A stretch of 64,000 nt of DNA from Eledone cirrhosa. Taxonomy: Eukaryota. A model generated the notes under the pieces. The model saw only the letters and a program-made list of their open reading frames with translations. It was not told the DNA's origin and ran no database searches. The position numbers were made by a program, and so were the translations under genes. The stretch spans positions 344,782,001 to 344,846,000 of the forward strand of contig OZ024740.1 of assembly GCA_964016885.1 (NCBI GenBank). The letters run 5' to 3'. Shown here one piece after another: positions 12,009 to 26,731 of this stretch (positions within the stretch are counted from its first letter, which is position 1; each line of letters opens with the position of its first letter).

Positions 12009-14105
12009 GTATATGTATATATTTATAATGTATATATATATATGTATATAGTGTGTGTTTGTATTTAGAATTGCTATGTAGGAGAATGTCTTCATTTGTA
12101 TTGTGTCAGTGTTCCACTCCCTAACAATAGGGATGTTACGTGCAATGAACGTTCAGCATTTATCGAGGTGAATATGGGAAATACAAATACGTCCATACAA
12201 AACATACACTCACACGCTAGCACACACACACATGCTCACGCACACAAACCCAAGCCCATCAACCAGCCATTGCTACTGCCCTTCTGAAACATTCTATACC
12301 ACATCGCTGGTAAACTCCTACAAACAGCACTCAGAATAAAACAAAATGTTGTTTTCGAATTCTTTGAAATAATTAATGCTATCTTCCCACCATCTCATAA
12401 TTACCTCAAAGTCGTTAATAGGACGAACAATCGGACTACCCTATCCTACCATTATGATCATTGAACACTTTATAACTACCTTCAAATGTAGACGTCTGAA
12501 AATCCACTCCGAACCGGCAAAATAGCATTATGGCATCACAGAAACATTTCCTAGCAGACACTGAATAACAAATCTAACATTTAATATAGAATAAAGCCTA
12601 TGTCGTGTTTTACACTAATAGTTATTGATAATTATATTTTATTCCAGGTATCCAAATGACCAGTGCCGACTTCCTAATGCTTAATTTGTCTTTCAGAAGG
12701 AAAAGTTCTAGTTGAATTTCAGCTGCCTATTAATTTCATTTATATATGTTTCAAGGCCACCAGTTGTACCATAGCAAATTTTAAATACATTTGTTCATTA
12801 TATTTTATTTATCTATTATATTATTCATTCTAACTTTTGGCGTCTACATTATTCTTGAAATTGAAAATATTTAAGTAAAAACTCAAAATATCTACTTAAC
12901 ACTCTCCAAACAAAATCCTGATATATTTATACGGTGCCATTCATGCACTTTGGTAAAGAATATTAAATGAACTTTCGAAATTGTGAAAATATAAGTATTC
13001 TTTTCACAATTATTGAACCAGCATAAATCTAAAATCTAGTAACAATGGAGCATAATGACTTCTTACAAGCCAGTGTTGTTGAAAAAATGTCAACCATTGG
13101 TTAAATTTGTTTCATAATTGCGTGGCGTAGGGTCGGATGCCAAATGACGACTCCTTGGGCATTTGCTTTTTCTCGTGCTCTCATATTATTCAAAGGCGTT
13201 TGAGTGAAAATAGAGATATATAAATTGGGTGGGTACCTGTAGAATAAGCGCTCCTATTTGGAATGATAGACTTAAGCGTTTCCCAAGCCTAATAATCTCA
13301 GCACTGTGACGTTTTTTCTGAAGATATGCTTTTCTTTCTTAGCAATCTAGGTGGCCTGAAATCTGAAACAAATATAATACCAAACTACGATAAATCGTAT
13401 TCTAGCGCTTATCAAAGTCATTGTTTTCAGTCACAGTGTACACGGGATTACGTTATGTAATATGTTCCTTGTTTTTGAGGAAGGTCATTTTTGGAGTGAA
13501 ATAAACAAATAAGAACCTCATCCCTACTGGGGAAACTGGATGGATAAAGCTGATTATACATTAATAGATATTTCCTTGTTGTCTGTTCATTTGGCAACAC
13601 TCTACCTCATTTTACTGTCTGTTTTTTTTAATGTTAGATTCTATTTTAGTGCGGATTGCACTTGTGTGCGTCAGATGAAGGAACAAGAAATATTGTGTTC
13701 TCTGCAAAGAAATATGTGATATAATGTAAATAAAAACGTTTGGAGAAATTTATCTTTGTGCATATTAGCTTTCATACCATTTAAATATTTTGTGAATATT
13801 CATTTCAATGTGATTGAATGTGCCAGAGACGGTACGTGAGATGTTACTAACCCAGGTTAGAACCAACGCACAATAATCATTAATAGTATATGTCGGTACG
13901 GATAACTTAGGCATTGATTAATATGATCTGCCGTTTCTTTCTAAGCAAACATTTCTTTTAATGATAGCAGCTATTATCGTATCATATAGTCATTTTCCCA
14001 ATGACAAGATGTAGTTTATGGTAATGTTTAAGTGATTTGGCAGTTTTTTGCGTAGTTAATGTTAATTTGGTTAGGAGCCAATTAATTGTGTCAATGACAG
14101 GTCGT

Positions 14106-14186
<81 letters not shown>

Positions 14187-14399
14187 TATTTCAAATCTTG
14201 CCATTACTTCATTATTTTCTCAAACATGAATAGTACAAACATGACTCTTTAGCCCTGTCAAGGATTTACATTCCTTTCTGCATATGCCGCTGTGATGAAC
14301 GTTACGCCCACTTTGGTTCTCCTTTTTTATTTTGGTAAGCTTTCAAAAGGGATCGGTGTCAACCGGCCGAAGCACATTGTTTTCCACACTTCAATAGAC

Positions 14400-15230
14400 A
14401 GAAATGAAAAAGGAGACCATATGTGAGTTCTCTGATGACATCTGAGACCAAATCTATTGAGGCAAACCCGGTCACACGCTTTGCACAAAAACTCATTTTA
14501 AACATCTGAAAATCCAAGTAAAAGAATATCGTGCAGACATTTACGCAAACCCATTCTTAATATTTCATGCTCCACGAGGTTTTTCAAATACCTATTTTCG
14601 GATAAACGTTTACTTACTCCAAGATGGTCGATCTAAGACAATAGCTTCCCAGAAATCTTCCCTGATTGTTTTAATTTTGTGAAATCTTCTTTGGTGCAAT
14701 ATTTATACATGAGGTTTGTCTTTTTTCTTCGGCGTTTGTCTTTACCTTTGACTAACTTACTCTACAGAAAATGCTTGGGAATACGATGATATAGCATCCT
14801 TGAACACACATTCCCATCCAGCAGAATCTATAGTGAAACATGAATTATTTAATATTTTCAAAATGACTTTGTTAGAACACCTCAAAATCAATCATATATG
14901 ATTGCCAATGGATACCGATTATTCGGTGAAGATGCTATTGATGAACATTTTAAAGCATTTTTATATTCTTGTGGTATGTGATATAACCTTCACATGTTTA
15001 AAATGACGACAATGCACATGTTCTGTACACCATTTTCTTTCTATCAATGGAAATCCCATCTAATTTACAAAATCATCATCAAACTCTTTTCACATACTAA
15101 ATGTGCTCTCCGAATACACAACTTTACCAAAAACCTTCCATGTTTTGCCATACACATAAATGCTGGAGTCACTAAAGGCCTTGCCAGAAGCAATATAGAA
15201 GAAAACCTCTTATGTAAAACCCCAATTCGA
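14400..15230 (-). pseudogene. Heavily decayed RTE-clade LINE 3' fragment
   Basis: Manual translation gives KMVYRTCAL, HLHRIIGIHW, RIPKHFL, WEAIVLDRPSW and GLRCHQRTH in RTE order, with many stops. Confidence 0.6.
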
Positions 15231-15762
15231 TGGCAGAAAATTTATGTTGAAATACATACATGCATGCATACATACATACATGCATTCACACATACATACG
15301 TACATATACATTCGTTGCTATATATTAACGCATGTATGATGCAGCTACGTGAAAGTAAAATGATATTGCTTAAGGGAGTTTTGTGAAGTCATTGGAGATA
15401 TCTTGAATATTCCTGAATATTTTCAAAGAGCTAAATTCTATGAGGAAGATAGATATTAAATCCTACTTTTCCCTTCAAACGATACTCACACATATTATTA
15501 TGACATTAACATAATCATATGATATATAACTATATCTGTGTGTGTATGTGTATGTATGTAAATCAGTGTGTGTGTGTGTGTGTGTATGCATGTATGTGTG
15601 TATGTATGAATTCATATATAAATACAAGTTAGAAGGCAATCATCCACTAACTGCCGCGCAAGAAATCTAACTGGATTTAAGTTTCCCACACATATTGTCG
15701 ATACACTTACTCAAACAAATAGTTTCAAAATACTTTTTTCTCACAGATTATTTTATGTACGT

Positions 15763-17258
15763 ATGTACGCCTTCTACCACCTCGTGAAAACACACAAACA
15801 GGGACCCGACCTGAAGATCAGGCCCATTGTATCGAGCGTGAAAGGACCACTCTACAAAATTTCATGGCTCCGAGCCAGAATACTCAAACCCATCTTAGAC
15901 ACCTTGCCGGGACACGTTAACAGCTCCGAGGAGGTGTTGAAGCGCCTGCATTAAATGGATCCCGACACCAGAAAGAATAACAGATATGCCTTCAGCCTTG
16001 ATGTAGTCGCTCTCTACCCCTCGGTCCCGGCACTCCCGACCGTCAATATACTGATGGAACTCGTCCAATCCACCGACCTACACTGCTTTGGGCTCACCAC
16101 CACTGACATCCAACAACTCCTATCCATCGTCGTCGACAACACCTACTTCGGATTCCTTGACCAAATATACCAACAAACCTCGGGTCTGCCCATGGGATCA
16201 AGCCTGTCGGGTGTGCTAGCGATCTCTTACATGGACAACCTCGAGCGCAAGGCACTCAACGCCTGCCACCCCAACGCCGTCGCCTTTTTCTCAAGGTACG
16301 TGGACGGTATCCTCATCCTCACATCTTCACAAGACACGGCGAACAGAATCTATGAGACGTTCAACAACACGAGCGAGAACATTGACTTCAGTGTTGAACA
16401 CCCCAACGAAGACGGGTCACTTGCCCTCCTCGACTTCCGAATCAACATCACGGAACAGGGAGGGATCCACTGCAACTTCTGTCGAAAGGCAGCCTTCAGG
16501 GACTTGTTCATCCAATAAAGTCCGCCCTCCCTAACAGTGCCAAAAGAGGATACATCACGAACGAGATCGCGCGAATCAAAAACAGATGCAGCGATCCCGC
16601 GAGTGGTGTCACTCATACCAAGCAATTCCTCGAGATGCTGGAGACGAACGGGTACCCTACCTCGCTCACAGACAGAGTAGGAGACACCAGACACAATAGA
16701 CAGAGAGGTACCCAAGGCAAGTGCTTCCTTAAAATGCCACGCCTGGGCGAGAATACCACCAACGCTATCCGCGAGGCAACTCGGAGGGAGGGCCTCGACA
16801 TCCACCTGGCCCACTCGGGCCCCTCCCTGCGTAGATGCCTCTCCGGGAAACCCGGGAAATCAACTGACGCGTGCTCCCTCAGAGACTTCCCGATGCGCCA
16901 TGCGAACTGTTGCCTACGCACATACGTCGCGTATAAGAGAGAATGTAACAAGTGCAACCAATACTATATAGGTAGCACACTCAGGCCGTTGCACATCCGG
17001 ATCAAGGAACACACTAAAACCAGGGCCTCGTCTTTCCGGAAACACATAGCCAACTGCGGAAACAAAGACGGAAGGCCCATTGTCACAATCCTAGAGACAG
17101 AAAGAAACATCGGAACGTTACGTATCAAGGGAGCACTTTGGATCTAACGCATATGACCACAATTAAACAACCGATCCGAGAGAAGCGAAATGAGGTGGTT
17201 GGTTTAAGTTAACAAACGATGCAGCAACACACGCACACACACACACAAACGAGACAGC

Positions 17259-17299
<41 letters not shown>

Positions 17300-17892
17300 A
17301 CACACACACATACACACACAGTAGCATTCCACCATACGAACATACTACACTGCCAATACAGAGGAACAAGGCAACAACACACGCACGCACACACACACTC
17401 AAGCGAGACGACAACACACGCACACACACACACACAGAGTAAAATTCAACAAACAGGCAGAGAATGGACTGACAGCTAGCGCCACCCCACTCCCACAATT
17501 AAAAGAACTACTTCGGCCGCTGACCTCTGCCTGACCGACCCCATTTCACGCGCACGCGCGCTCTGCTGAATACCTCAGATAATCAGAACAACGAACAGCG
17601 GAGGACACGTTTCGCACCTTTCCGACAGACACCCTTTCCCCCACCCCGGAAAAAAACGCCCAGTTGAAGGATGTGAATCCGAAATATATAGGGACAATTA
17701 AATCTCTTCCAAGGTAACTCTCTCTCCTGTTGTTATTTTTATTTTTATCCTTTACGCTCTTTCCTTCATTCTACTACACGCCTTATACACGTCACGTATC
17801 TCAACGTACACCCACTTACATCTCTCTCTCCACCACCGGATCTTGTTACCCGGAGATTATCCCATTTGCATTGTCGAGGCTTCCAGACGACT

Positions 17893-17895
<3 letters not shown>
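15763..17895 (+). mobile_element. 5'-truncated, disrupted non-Naiad Penelope-like element (Nematis/Neptune-like) with 3' pLTR
   Basis: RT motifs IRPIVS, FSLDVVALYPSV, GLPMGSSLS and RYVDG (second catalytic D lost). GIY-YIG motif VAY..CNKC..YIGST.R.L..R..EH. Stops and frameshifts split the ORF (15763-17147). Ends at (TA)n. Confidence 0.88.
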
Positions 17896-17965
<70 letters not shown>

Positions 17966-18009
17966 TATAAATATATATAAATATACATATATATATAGAT
18001 ATATATATA

Positions 18010-18560
18010 TAAACTGAGTCCAGATGCACCACTGATTTTTCGTGTTCTTATATTATCCACACTCTGCTCTGTATGAATATTGAGTGCTAATGTTGGCATT
18101 TCGCCTATGGAAGCACCATAGCTACCATTATACACAAGTATATATATATATATATATACTTGTGTATAATGGTAGCTATGGTGCTTCCATTAGCACTCAA
18201 TATTCATACAGAGCAGAGTGTGTATAGTATAAGAAAACGAAAAATCAGTGGTGCATCTGGACTCAGTTTATTGCGTGTTACAATTGTTTCGCCGACAGGT
18301 AGCTCGAGACATGATCACTGTATGGATCTGGCTGATTCTACGGCTGCAGGTTCCCTCGGACACGGACAGTTCGTTCGGAATATTTTTTTTCACAGTGAGA
18401 CACCTGCCGGCGAAACTATTGTAACACGCAATAAACTGTCTCCAGATGCATCACTGACTTTTCGTTTTCTTATACTATCCACACTCTGCTCTGTATGAAT
18501 ATTGAGTGCTAATGTCGGCATACCTCCTATGGATGCACCATAGCGACCATTATACACAAG
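18010..18560. mobile_element. Three alternating-orientation family B copies
   Basis: + copy 18010-18138, short (TA)n, - copy 18159-~18390, + copy ~18402-18560. Confidence 0.8.
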
Positions 18561-18717
18561 TATATATATTTTATTATACTATTATACTATATATATATAT
18601 ATATATATATAAATATATATATTCACTCTAGCATAGCTGATATATAAATGTAAGTATGCACACGTAAACACACACACACGCACACACACACACACACAAA
18701 CACCCACACACACACAG

Positions 18718-18787
<70 letters not shown>

Positions 18788-19404
18788 CAGCATATATATT
18801 TATATATATATACATACAGACACATATTTGTACGTATGAGTTTTATCAAACATTAATAATAATATTCGATTGGTCTGGAAAGAAACGGCCCGATCTGTAG
18901 CTGTCCCGTCCCGATGAGTGATCGTCACTTGTTTGTTCAACACTGGTTTTGAAGAACAATCAACATATTTCTGGGTCATTACCTTTCATCAGGACTGTAT
19001 ACCTTTGCCAGTCTATTGAACGGTTAAATATATATAGTATTTTCTTAAGTACACATCGGCTGTGTAGCCTCATTTGCATACCGAGCCAGCAACGTCTGGC
19101 CTTGCTGAGTATTAAAAACAATATTAAAATTTCATTTCTCGCCCTAGCACATCTGGTCTGCACACGTACATATATATGTATATATATATATATAAAATAA
19201 AATAAAATAAATAAGTCAAATGTTTAAAATTTGGCTTCGTTTATTACTGCTATATATATTTCGGTGACAGTCATCTTTGGCTGTGACCTCTTCCAATCTG
19301 CATACTGAGGTGTTCGTATACAACAAACATATACTCAAAATTTATATATATATATATATATATAATCTACATATAATGTACATATGGGTTATATATATAT
19401 ATAT

Positions 19405-19558
19405 ATATTTATTAAATAACAGATTAAAGTTTAAGCAAAGAATTACTGCTTTCACACTTAAGGGGTTCTTCTGAAACTAACCATATATATATTTAATATA
19501 TATTTATCCTTATCGAGCCCTCTTTCGATTTTAGTCTTCAAATTTATTATTATTACTA
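19405..19558. mobile_element. Internally deleted family D fold-back copy
   Basis: 19405-19481 matches 5405-5481, and ~19500-19558 is the reverse complement of 5318-~5375. Confidence 0.7.
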
Positions 19559-20054
19559 TATATATATATGATATGAGAAAAGTGCAAGGGGATATCGGAT
19601 CTATGCTGTACTACACAACTCAAAGATACAAGAAAAAATGTTAACGAAAAAACATTATTAGTCAAAACAAAGAAGATTCAGAAGTTATTTTCTTTTAAAT
19701 ATATGGTAATGAAATAAAAAGAATAAACGAAATGCATAAAAAGTCCATATATCTTATCGATTTATACAATACCTCCCGATCCCAACTCCTCAAGACCAAA
19801 GTACACCGCATATGTATCCCTTCATATATATGTATTATATGTGTGTGTATGTATGTATGTATGTATGTATGTATGTATGTATGTATGTATGTATGTATGT
19901 ATGTATGTATGTATGTATATTTGTATGAATGTATGTTTATATTTATGTATGTATGTATCTATGCATGTATACAGGTATATATAAATACACACACACATAC
20001 ACACAGATATATATATATAGATAGATAGATATACATATATAATACATATATATT

Positions 20055-20085
<31 letters not shown>

Positions 20086-20641
20086 GTGTGGGTGTGTGAG
20101 TACATACACATATACTATTATATATATATATAATTGTATTTGTGTATATACACTGACACACATACATACACACACACACACACGCACACACACACACACA
20201 TATATATATATACATATATATGATTAGATAGATAGATATAACTGTAGAACTTTCTTAAACTTGTTTTTTTTTCTTTTCTCTAACCATCTCGTCGAATTTC
20301 GACTTCTCTCCTAATCTCATTTCCTTTCTGTATTCTTCATGTCTTCATCTCTTTCAAGCCTCTCTTTAAAATAAAATAAAATGTTTTCTATAGTCTTTTT
20401 TTATTATCTTTATGCCTATCTTTCTATTCATACTTTCTTTTTGACATATTCTCCTACATCTTACACTTCTCAATTTTGTCTTTCCTTCTTTATGGTACTG
20501 GATAGCTACACAACCACACCATCTCAAAAACCACACACTTTCAAATATATATATATATATACTGTATATATTCATGTAAATATATATATAGATAAACACA
20601 CACATTCATATATATTCACACACATATATAAGTATGTATAT

Positions 20642-20798
<157 letters not shown>

Positions 20799-20810
20799 CA
20801 TGTATGTATG

Positions 20811-20862
<52 letters not shown>

Positions 20863-21026
20863 AATATATATATTTCAGTTTTTATTTGTCTGTTTTCTAC
20901 CTTTCTTCTCACTTCAGCTTGTTTTCTCACTATATCTTCAGGATATTCAATAGCAACTTTGCTAATTTAAAAGAAGAATTTTCAATAAATAAATATATAA
21001 ATTACAGGCAAAAGATTGAGAATGTA

Positions 21027-21057
<31 letters not shown>

Positions 21058-21073
21058 GTATATATATATATAT

Positions 21074-21151
<78 letters not shown>

Positions 21152-21793
21152 ATGTAAACATGTATATGCATATATTTATATATATATACTCATGTATATG
21201 AGGGAGAAAGGAACCCCACATCTCCCCACAAAAAATATTTTAACAAAAGTAAAACAATGAAATGCCCATGAAACAGCTGAATAAGAAGAACATAAACAAC
21301 ATAAATTACACGGCCATACACACAAACACGAATACGTAATGCAATCATGTACACATACATACACATATACATAAAAAATGCACGTACACATACATACCTA
21401 CAAGCATACATGCATACATATATATATATATATATACATACATGCATGTAAACACACATACTCAGTCACACACAAGATATCTTGTTTTTCGACTGTTGTT
21501 ATCTCGTGAGTCCAGCTCAATATGCGATGCCTGCAAAGAAGAACACCGAAGGCTCCATAAATGTTTTCTGCTGCTGCAACTGTTGTTGTTGTTATTGTTA
21601 TAATTATTGTTACTGTTGCACTGCTGTTATTGTTTTTACTGTTGTTATTTTTTTCTTGACGATGATGTTTTTATATTTATTTATTTATGAGATTAATCTC
21701 ATTTACGTGATGGTATTTTTTCTCACATATAATAAACATAAATAATAATAACAATAACATTAACAACCACAAAAAATGATGATGATGATGCTG

Positions 21794-21887
<94 letters not shown>

Positions 21888-22591
21888 CAACAACAACAAA
21901 CATCAACGTCAATAACAACACCAACAAAAATATCATGTTTACCACTCAACTTCTTCATGTTAAGCACAACAACGACGGCAACAATACCAGTAAAGACAAC
22001 AGTCGATATATCAAACTTTCGCTTATCAAATTTCACTTGTTCCTTCCAATATGTTGACTTTAAATATTTTCTTTCATTTTCTATCGCTGATCTTATGATT
22101 TCCTTTTTTTTTTTTTTTTTTGCTATTCTCAATTTTCAGATAAAATTCAACATCAACGAACTCCCGCGCAATTCACATGATCATCAAAATCTTTCGGAAC
22201 CTCATCATAATCATGATCAGCAGAAGACGCACCATCATAACCATCGTTATTTTGATCAGGTTCCTGGAGATAAAAATCAAGGGGATGTTATTGATGGTTA
22301 TGATATATCTAAATATGTATATATGCATACAGACTTGCTTATATACACACACACACACAAATATATATATATATATATATATGTGTGTATCTATGTATTT
22401 ATATATAAAATTTATGTCTATCGATATGTGTATGTGTGTATGTTTGTGCGTGTTTGGAAGTATCTGTATGTGTGTAAATATGTATGTATATAAAGAATGT
22501 ATATTTATCACTAAATTTCATCTTGACATAGTTTCTCACTGCTCATAACATGCTGAAGCTTAATATAATAACTATGTGCTTTCTCTCGATA

Positions 22592-22671
<80 letters not shown>

Positions 22672-22744
22672 GTAATGCTGCTCTGCTGTTGCTGCTGCTT
22701 CTTCTTATTCTTATTCTGCTGCTACTACTATTACTGCAATGAAT

Positions 22745-23690
22745 AATGATGATGGCGATAACTTTGATACGAAGATGCATTAAATTAAAAGTTCAGTTTA
22801 CTCGGTCTTCCCAGCGTGCATTCGCTAAGGTGTTTGGTATGGCCGATCCGAAATCGGCAGATCCACCCACAGTGACCGCAGCGAAATACCTTTGTTTTTC
22901 TTTCCTCCATCCTGACCCAGCCCGTCCTCCGTGTTCTCTTCCCTCCCTGGCTTACCCGACGGTTGGCCTCGAATGTGCTCGTGCGGTTCGAAGCGTTGCG
23001 GTCAGCAGTCAGGTAAGTCCATTTCTAGGCTTTCATGTTACATGCTTTCATGGTGATGTTTAACATGTCTTTATACCGTTTCATGGGCGCACCGCTTTTT
23101 CGTCTGAAGACAGTTCTCTTTAGATCACACTCTCCATATTGGAGAAATACCCTACACAGCGCAGCTGTGTCTTCATAAGAGGGGCCTCGATTCTGATAGT
23201 AGTGGTTCTCTCAAGGACCTCTGTTTTAGTGACATGTTCTTTCCAGTGAATGTTAATTATGCTGCGCAGACTTTGTTGCTGAAATCTCTCTAGGATACGA
23301 GTGTTACTGCAATACAAGACACATGTCTCAGTGCTGTAAAAGCGGGTGGTTAGGCTACGGCGCTTTATACTCTGACTTTTGACTCTGCTCCGAGGTTATT
23401 GTTTCTCCACACTCTCTTCTTTAGTCTCCTGAAGGTGCTGCTGGTTTTGCTTAATCTATTATCTATTCCTTATCATTCTAGTTTCAAGGGAAATACCATT
23501 CAAGTGAATGGTATATATCTTGGCGTAAGTTGGTAGAGGATTTCAGTCTTCTTTAAGCTGATCTCTAATCAAAGACACCAGAAGCGTTTGCAAAACATGA
23601 ACTTAGGAATTTCATGTCTCTTTGAGTATGCATAACAAGTGCGTCAACGTCAGAAAACAGGAGCTCTCGGATCACTTTTCAGTTGGTGTA
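22745..23690 (-). pseudogene. Decayed RTE/BovB-like LINE 3' fragment
   Basis: VIRELLFSD (RT motif C remnant), LERFQQQSLRSIINIHW..EVLER..QLR.VG, and a short (CAT)n 3' end. Confidence 0.8.
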
Positions 23691-23901
23691 TGCTTATATA
23701 ACTTCAGTAGTATTACCAGTTATACAATAACAAATGTTATATATATATATATATATATGAATAAAACATAGAACAAGAAACCAGTGCTATCCGTCATCAG
23801 TGAGCTTCTGGCCATCGTGGGTATTTCTTCGCATTAAAGACCAGATGTATCACATTCGCCACAACGCAGCACGCCATTTTTCATTCATAAATATATATAT
23901 G

Positions 23902-23990
<89 letters not shown>

Positions 23991-23993
<3 letters not shown>

Positions 23994-24144
23994 ACCCGTC
24001 CCTCAATCTATCGTATTTCTCATACTTTCTTCTGATGAAGGACTAGCGTCCGAAACGTTAAGACCGTCTTCCTGCTATATCAAGCGTTAACCAAATATAT
24101 CCCTTCCATATACTGTACTGATTGTGTTGTTATTTCTGTTTACC

Positions 24145-24148
<4 letters not shown>
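23991..24148 (+). mobile_element. Solo PLE pLTR fragment with an intact minimal hammerhead (24028-24063)
   Basis: UCUU-CUGAUGA-A-GGAC(UAGC)GUCC-GAAAC-GUU/AAGA, lying between (TA)n and (CA)n tracts. Confidence 0.75.
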
Positions 24149-24241
<93 letters not shown>

Positions 24242-24708
24242 CAAAGAGTTATTTAATTTGTTGGTTATTCAACAAATTTAATTTATACAGATTCGAAGCA
24301 ATCTACAAAATTTATTCTGGATTATAATATCGATGATATTAATAAACGGAAATTATACTTTATAAAACCATACTTATTTTATTATATATATATATAATAA
24401 CAGAAAAACCACCCTTCGGGTTGGTTTTCTGGTTGCATGTGTAATATCGTAATTGACAATATACACAGAAATTGAACGAAGACTGTGTTACACTGTTTTA
24501 TGTAATCAGTAAAATAATCCATGATACATAAAAAAAAAGACGATATTATATATAAACTCCCCTAGGAAAAAATTAGTATGTTTATTCAAGCGATCACCAA
24601 ACGGAAGTGTTGACATTTCAGAAATTTTAAAGAAGTGAATCTTTAAATAAACAAAATATATTTAATCAACAGCCACGAAATTTAGTATATAAATTAGGTA
24701 ATATTCAT

Positions 24709-24856
24709 TGGCAGTATTGGTAGAGGCCCTTGCTATTTTGAGTTCAAATCCCGCCGAGGTTAACTTTGCCTTTCATCCTTACGGGTTCGATAAAATAAAG
24801 TACCAGTTATGCACTGAGTAATTGCTGGCCTTGTGCCAAACGTAGAAACAATTATT
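24709..24856 (+). mobile_element. tRNA-derived SINE (octopus-type), internally deleted
   Basis: A-box TGGCAGTATTGG, B-box GAGTTCAAATCC, core GCCTTTCATCCTTACGGG..GATAAAATAAAGTACCAG and tail GGCCTTGTGCC. Confidence 0.85.
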
Positions 24857-24945
24857 TATTCAAAGTAATCCAACTTATTTTACTAATGGGATAACAAATT
24901 ATAAACCGTACGCAGTCCCGCGCTCCTCTATTTATTATAGTTTAG

Positions 24946-25238
24946 ATTTCAAGTGTACCAACATTTTGGTACGCCCTCATCAGATAAAATACAAAAGTTG
25001 TTTTATAAATATTGACATATCCAAAAAACAAGAACTTATCGTTTTAATTTCACTTTTTCTGAAACTGAACTATCCAAACTGAATTTAAAACGATAAGCTC
25101 TTGTTTTTTGGATATGTCAATATTTATAAAACAACTTTTGTACTTTATCTGATGAGAGCGTACCAAAATGTTGGTACCCTTGAAATATATATAATAAAAT
25201 AAATATGGTTTTATAAAGTATAGTTTCCATTTATTAAT

Positions 25239-25242
<4 letters not shown>
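24946..25242 (+). mobile_element. Family E fold-back element with an intact hammerhead (25144-25199)
   Basis: Arms 24946-25052 and 25080-25186. UUUAU-CUGAUGA-GAGCGUACCAA(AAUG)UUGGUACCCUU-GAAA-UAUAUA-UA/AUAAA. The tail recurs inverted at ~24333-24392. Confidence 0.82.
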
Positions 25243-25310
<68 letters not shown>

Positions 25311-25433
25311 GCTAAACATTGATGCAATTCAATTCAAGCACTCAACGTACTTTTTCCACATAGGAGTGACGGAGTAAATATCGAATAAGGAAAAGCGAAG
25401 TAGTTTCAGATGTTCAAGTCCTTTAATAATAAT

Positions 25434-25507
25434 GCTGTGATATATATTTCAGTGACGAGACTGGCCACACTGTTCTGTGTGCGAATGTCGTGTCATCATC
25501 AGACAGC
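25434..25507 (-). ncRNA. Type I hammerhead ribozyme (3' repeat)
   Basis: GCUGU-CUGAUGA-helix II-GAAA-UAUAUA-UC/ACAGC. The base of helix II is slightly irregular. Confidence 0.75.
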
Positions 25508-26731
25508 TTGTTACATAATAAGCTTATGTTTCCGAGGCAATCCAAATGGGATCGACATGGGAACGGATGAATTGCGTGTTTTTGGGTCTTTCATCCGCTC
25601 CCTTGTGAGTACCAATTCACCCCCACCGGCCTGCGCAAGCGCATGTCCGAAGGAAGTTGACCATTAGCCACCGCAGATTTCAACGAAATTCGCTTAGTCA
25701 GTTCACCCTCTCAGCCAAAACAATGGCCCACCAATGCCTGTACCATATTTTACTGCTACCCATCACGGCTGTGGCAGTCAGCCGAGAGCCAGAGGGGATG
25801 GGAGAGTGTTAGATTTTACAGGTCATAATACTACACCTCTCTAAGCGTTGACGGTACGACTGACCATCACCTTATAAGGGAAAATAAACTTAATTCTAGG
25901 TATCATGGTTTTACGTTGGAAGTTAAGAGTGAGAGTTGGAAATAAAAATTAAAATCCTAAATCAAATATCAGAAATTATAAATTAAACAATTAAGAAATT
26001 AACAATTAGAAATTAAAGAATTTAAACAAAATTCTTTTCAGGTGATAATTCGGATTGAGGTGAGTAAAAATATAGACTGAAATGAGTAAATAATATGGAG
26101 AGAGATGTTTAAGTAATATGTTCTGAGAGGGATTCTAGTGTCACAGTTACTCTATCCACATATTGAACGACAGTGCCGTACATTATAACTGATGGCAAAC
26201 TACAGGGCTCTAGGCATTAGTCAATAATTTCCATCACATGGAACAAAATCAAAGAAAAACAGACATAAAGTACACAAAAGAAAAGAACAGAACCAATAGT
26301 GAATAAATGCAAAAACACAGAGTACATATATGCAAAATGATCCATATGATTGTCCATCTGTCCATGTATAGATTGAATTGAGCGGGCTTCTGTTCAAATG
26401 CGATTTGGTGCAGGAATATAGGGGTTTATCCTATTATTTGTTTCCGCGTATTTATCCTGCTGAAAGTTACTATTATGACCGTCCAGTATAAGGGGTTTCC
26501 ATCCCAATGGTAGAGGGAATTTCCGGGGTAGCTTATGGTTGGTTCCTCTCTTCTCCACCATATCGGTTACATCGTAAAGTGCTCAACTAATTGGAGCTAA
26601 ATTATTAGGGTAAACATTGATGCAATTCAATTCAAGCACTCAACGTACTTTTTCCACATAGGAGTGACGGAGTAAATATCGAATAAGGAAAAGCGAAGTA
26701 GTTTCAGATGTTCAAGTCCGTTAATAACAAT

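Noticed and set aside
22140-22259. His-rich plus-strand exon after a strong polypyrimidine tract
   Set aside because: The donor is weak (GTTCCT), the composition fits a decayed (CAT)n region, and no partner exons were found.
23775-23880. Hammerhead on the minus strand (CTGATGA at 23794-23800)
   Set aside because: There is no downstream GAAA or closing helices.
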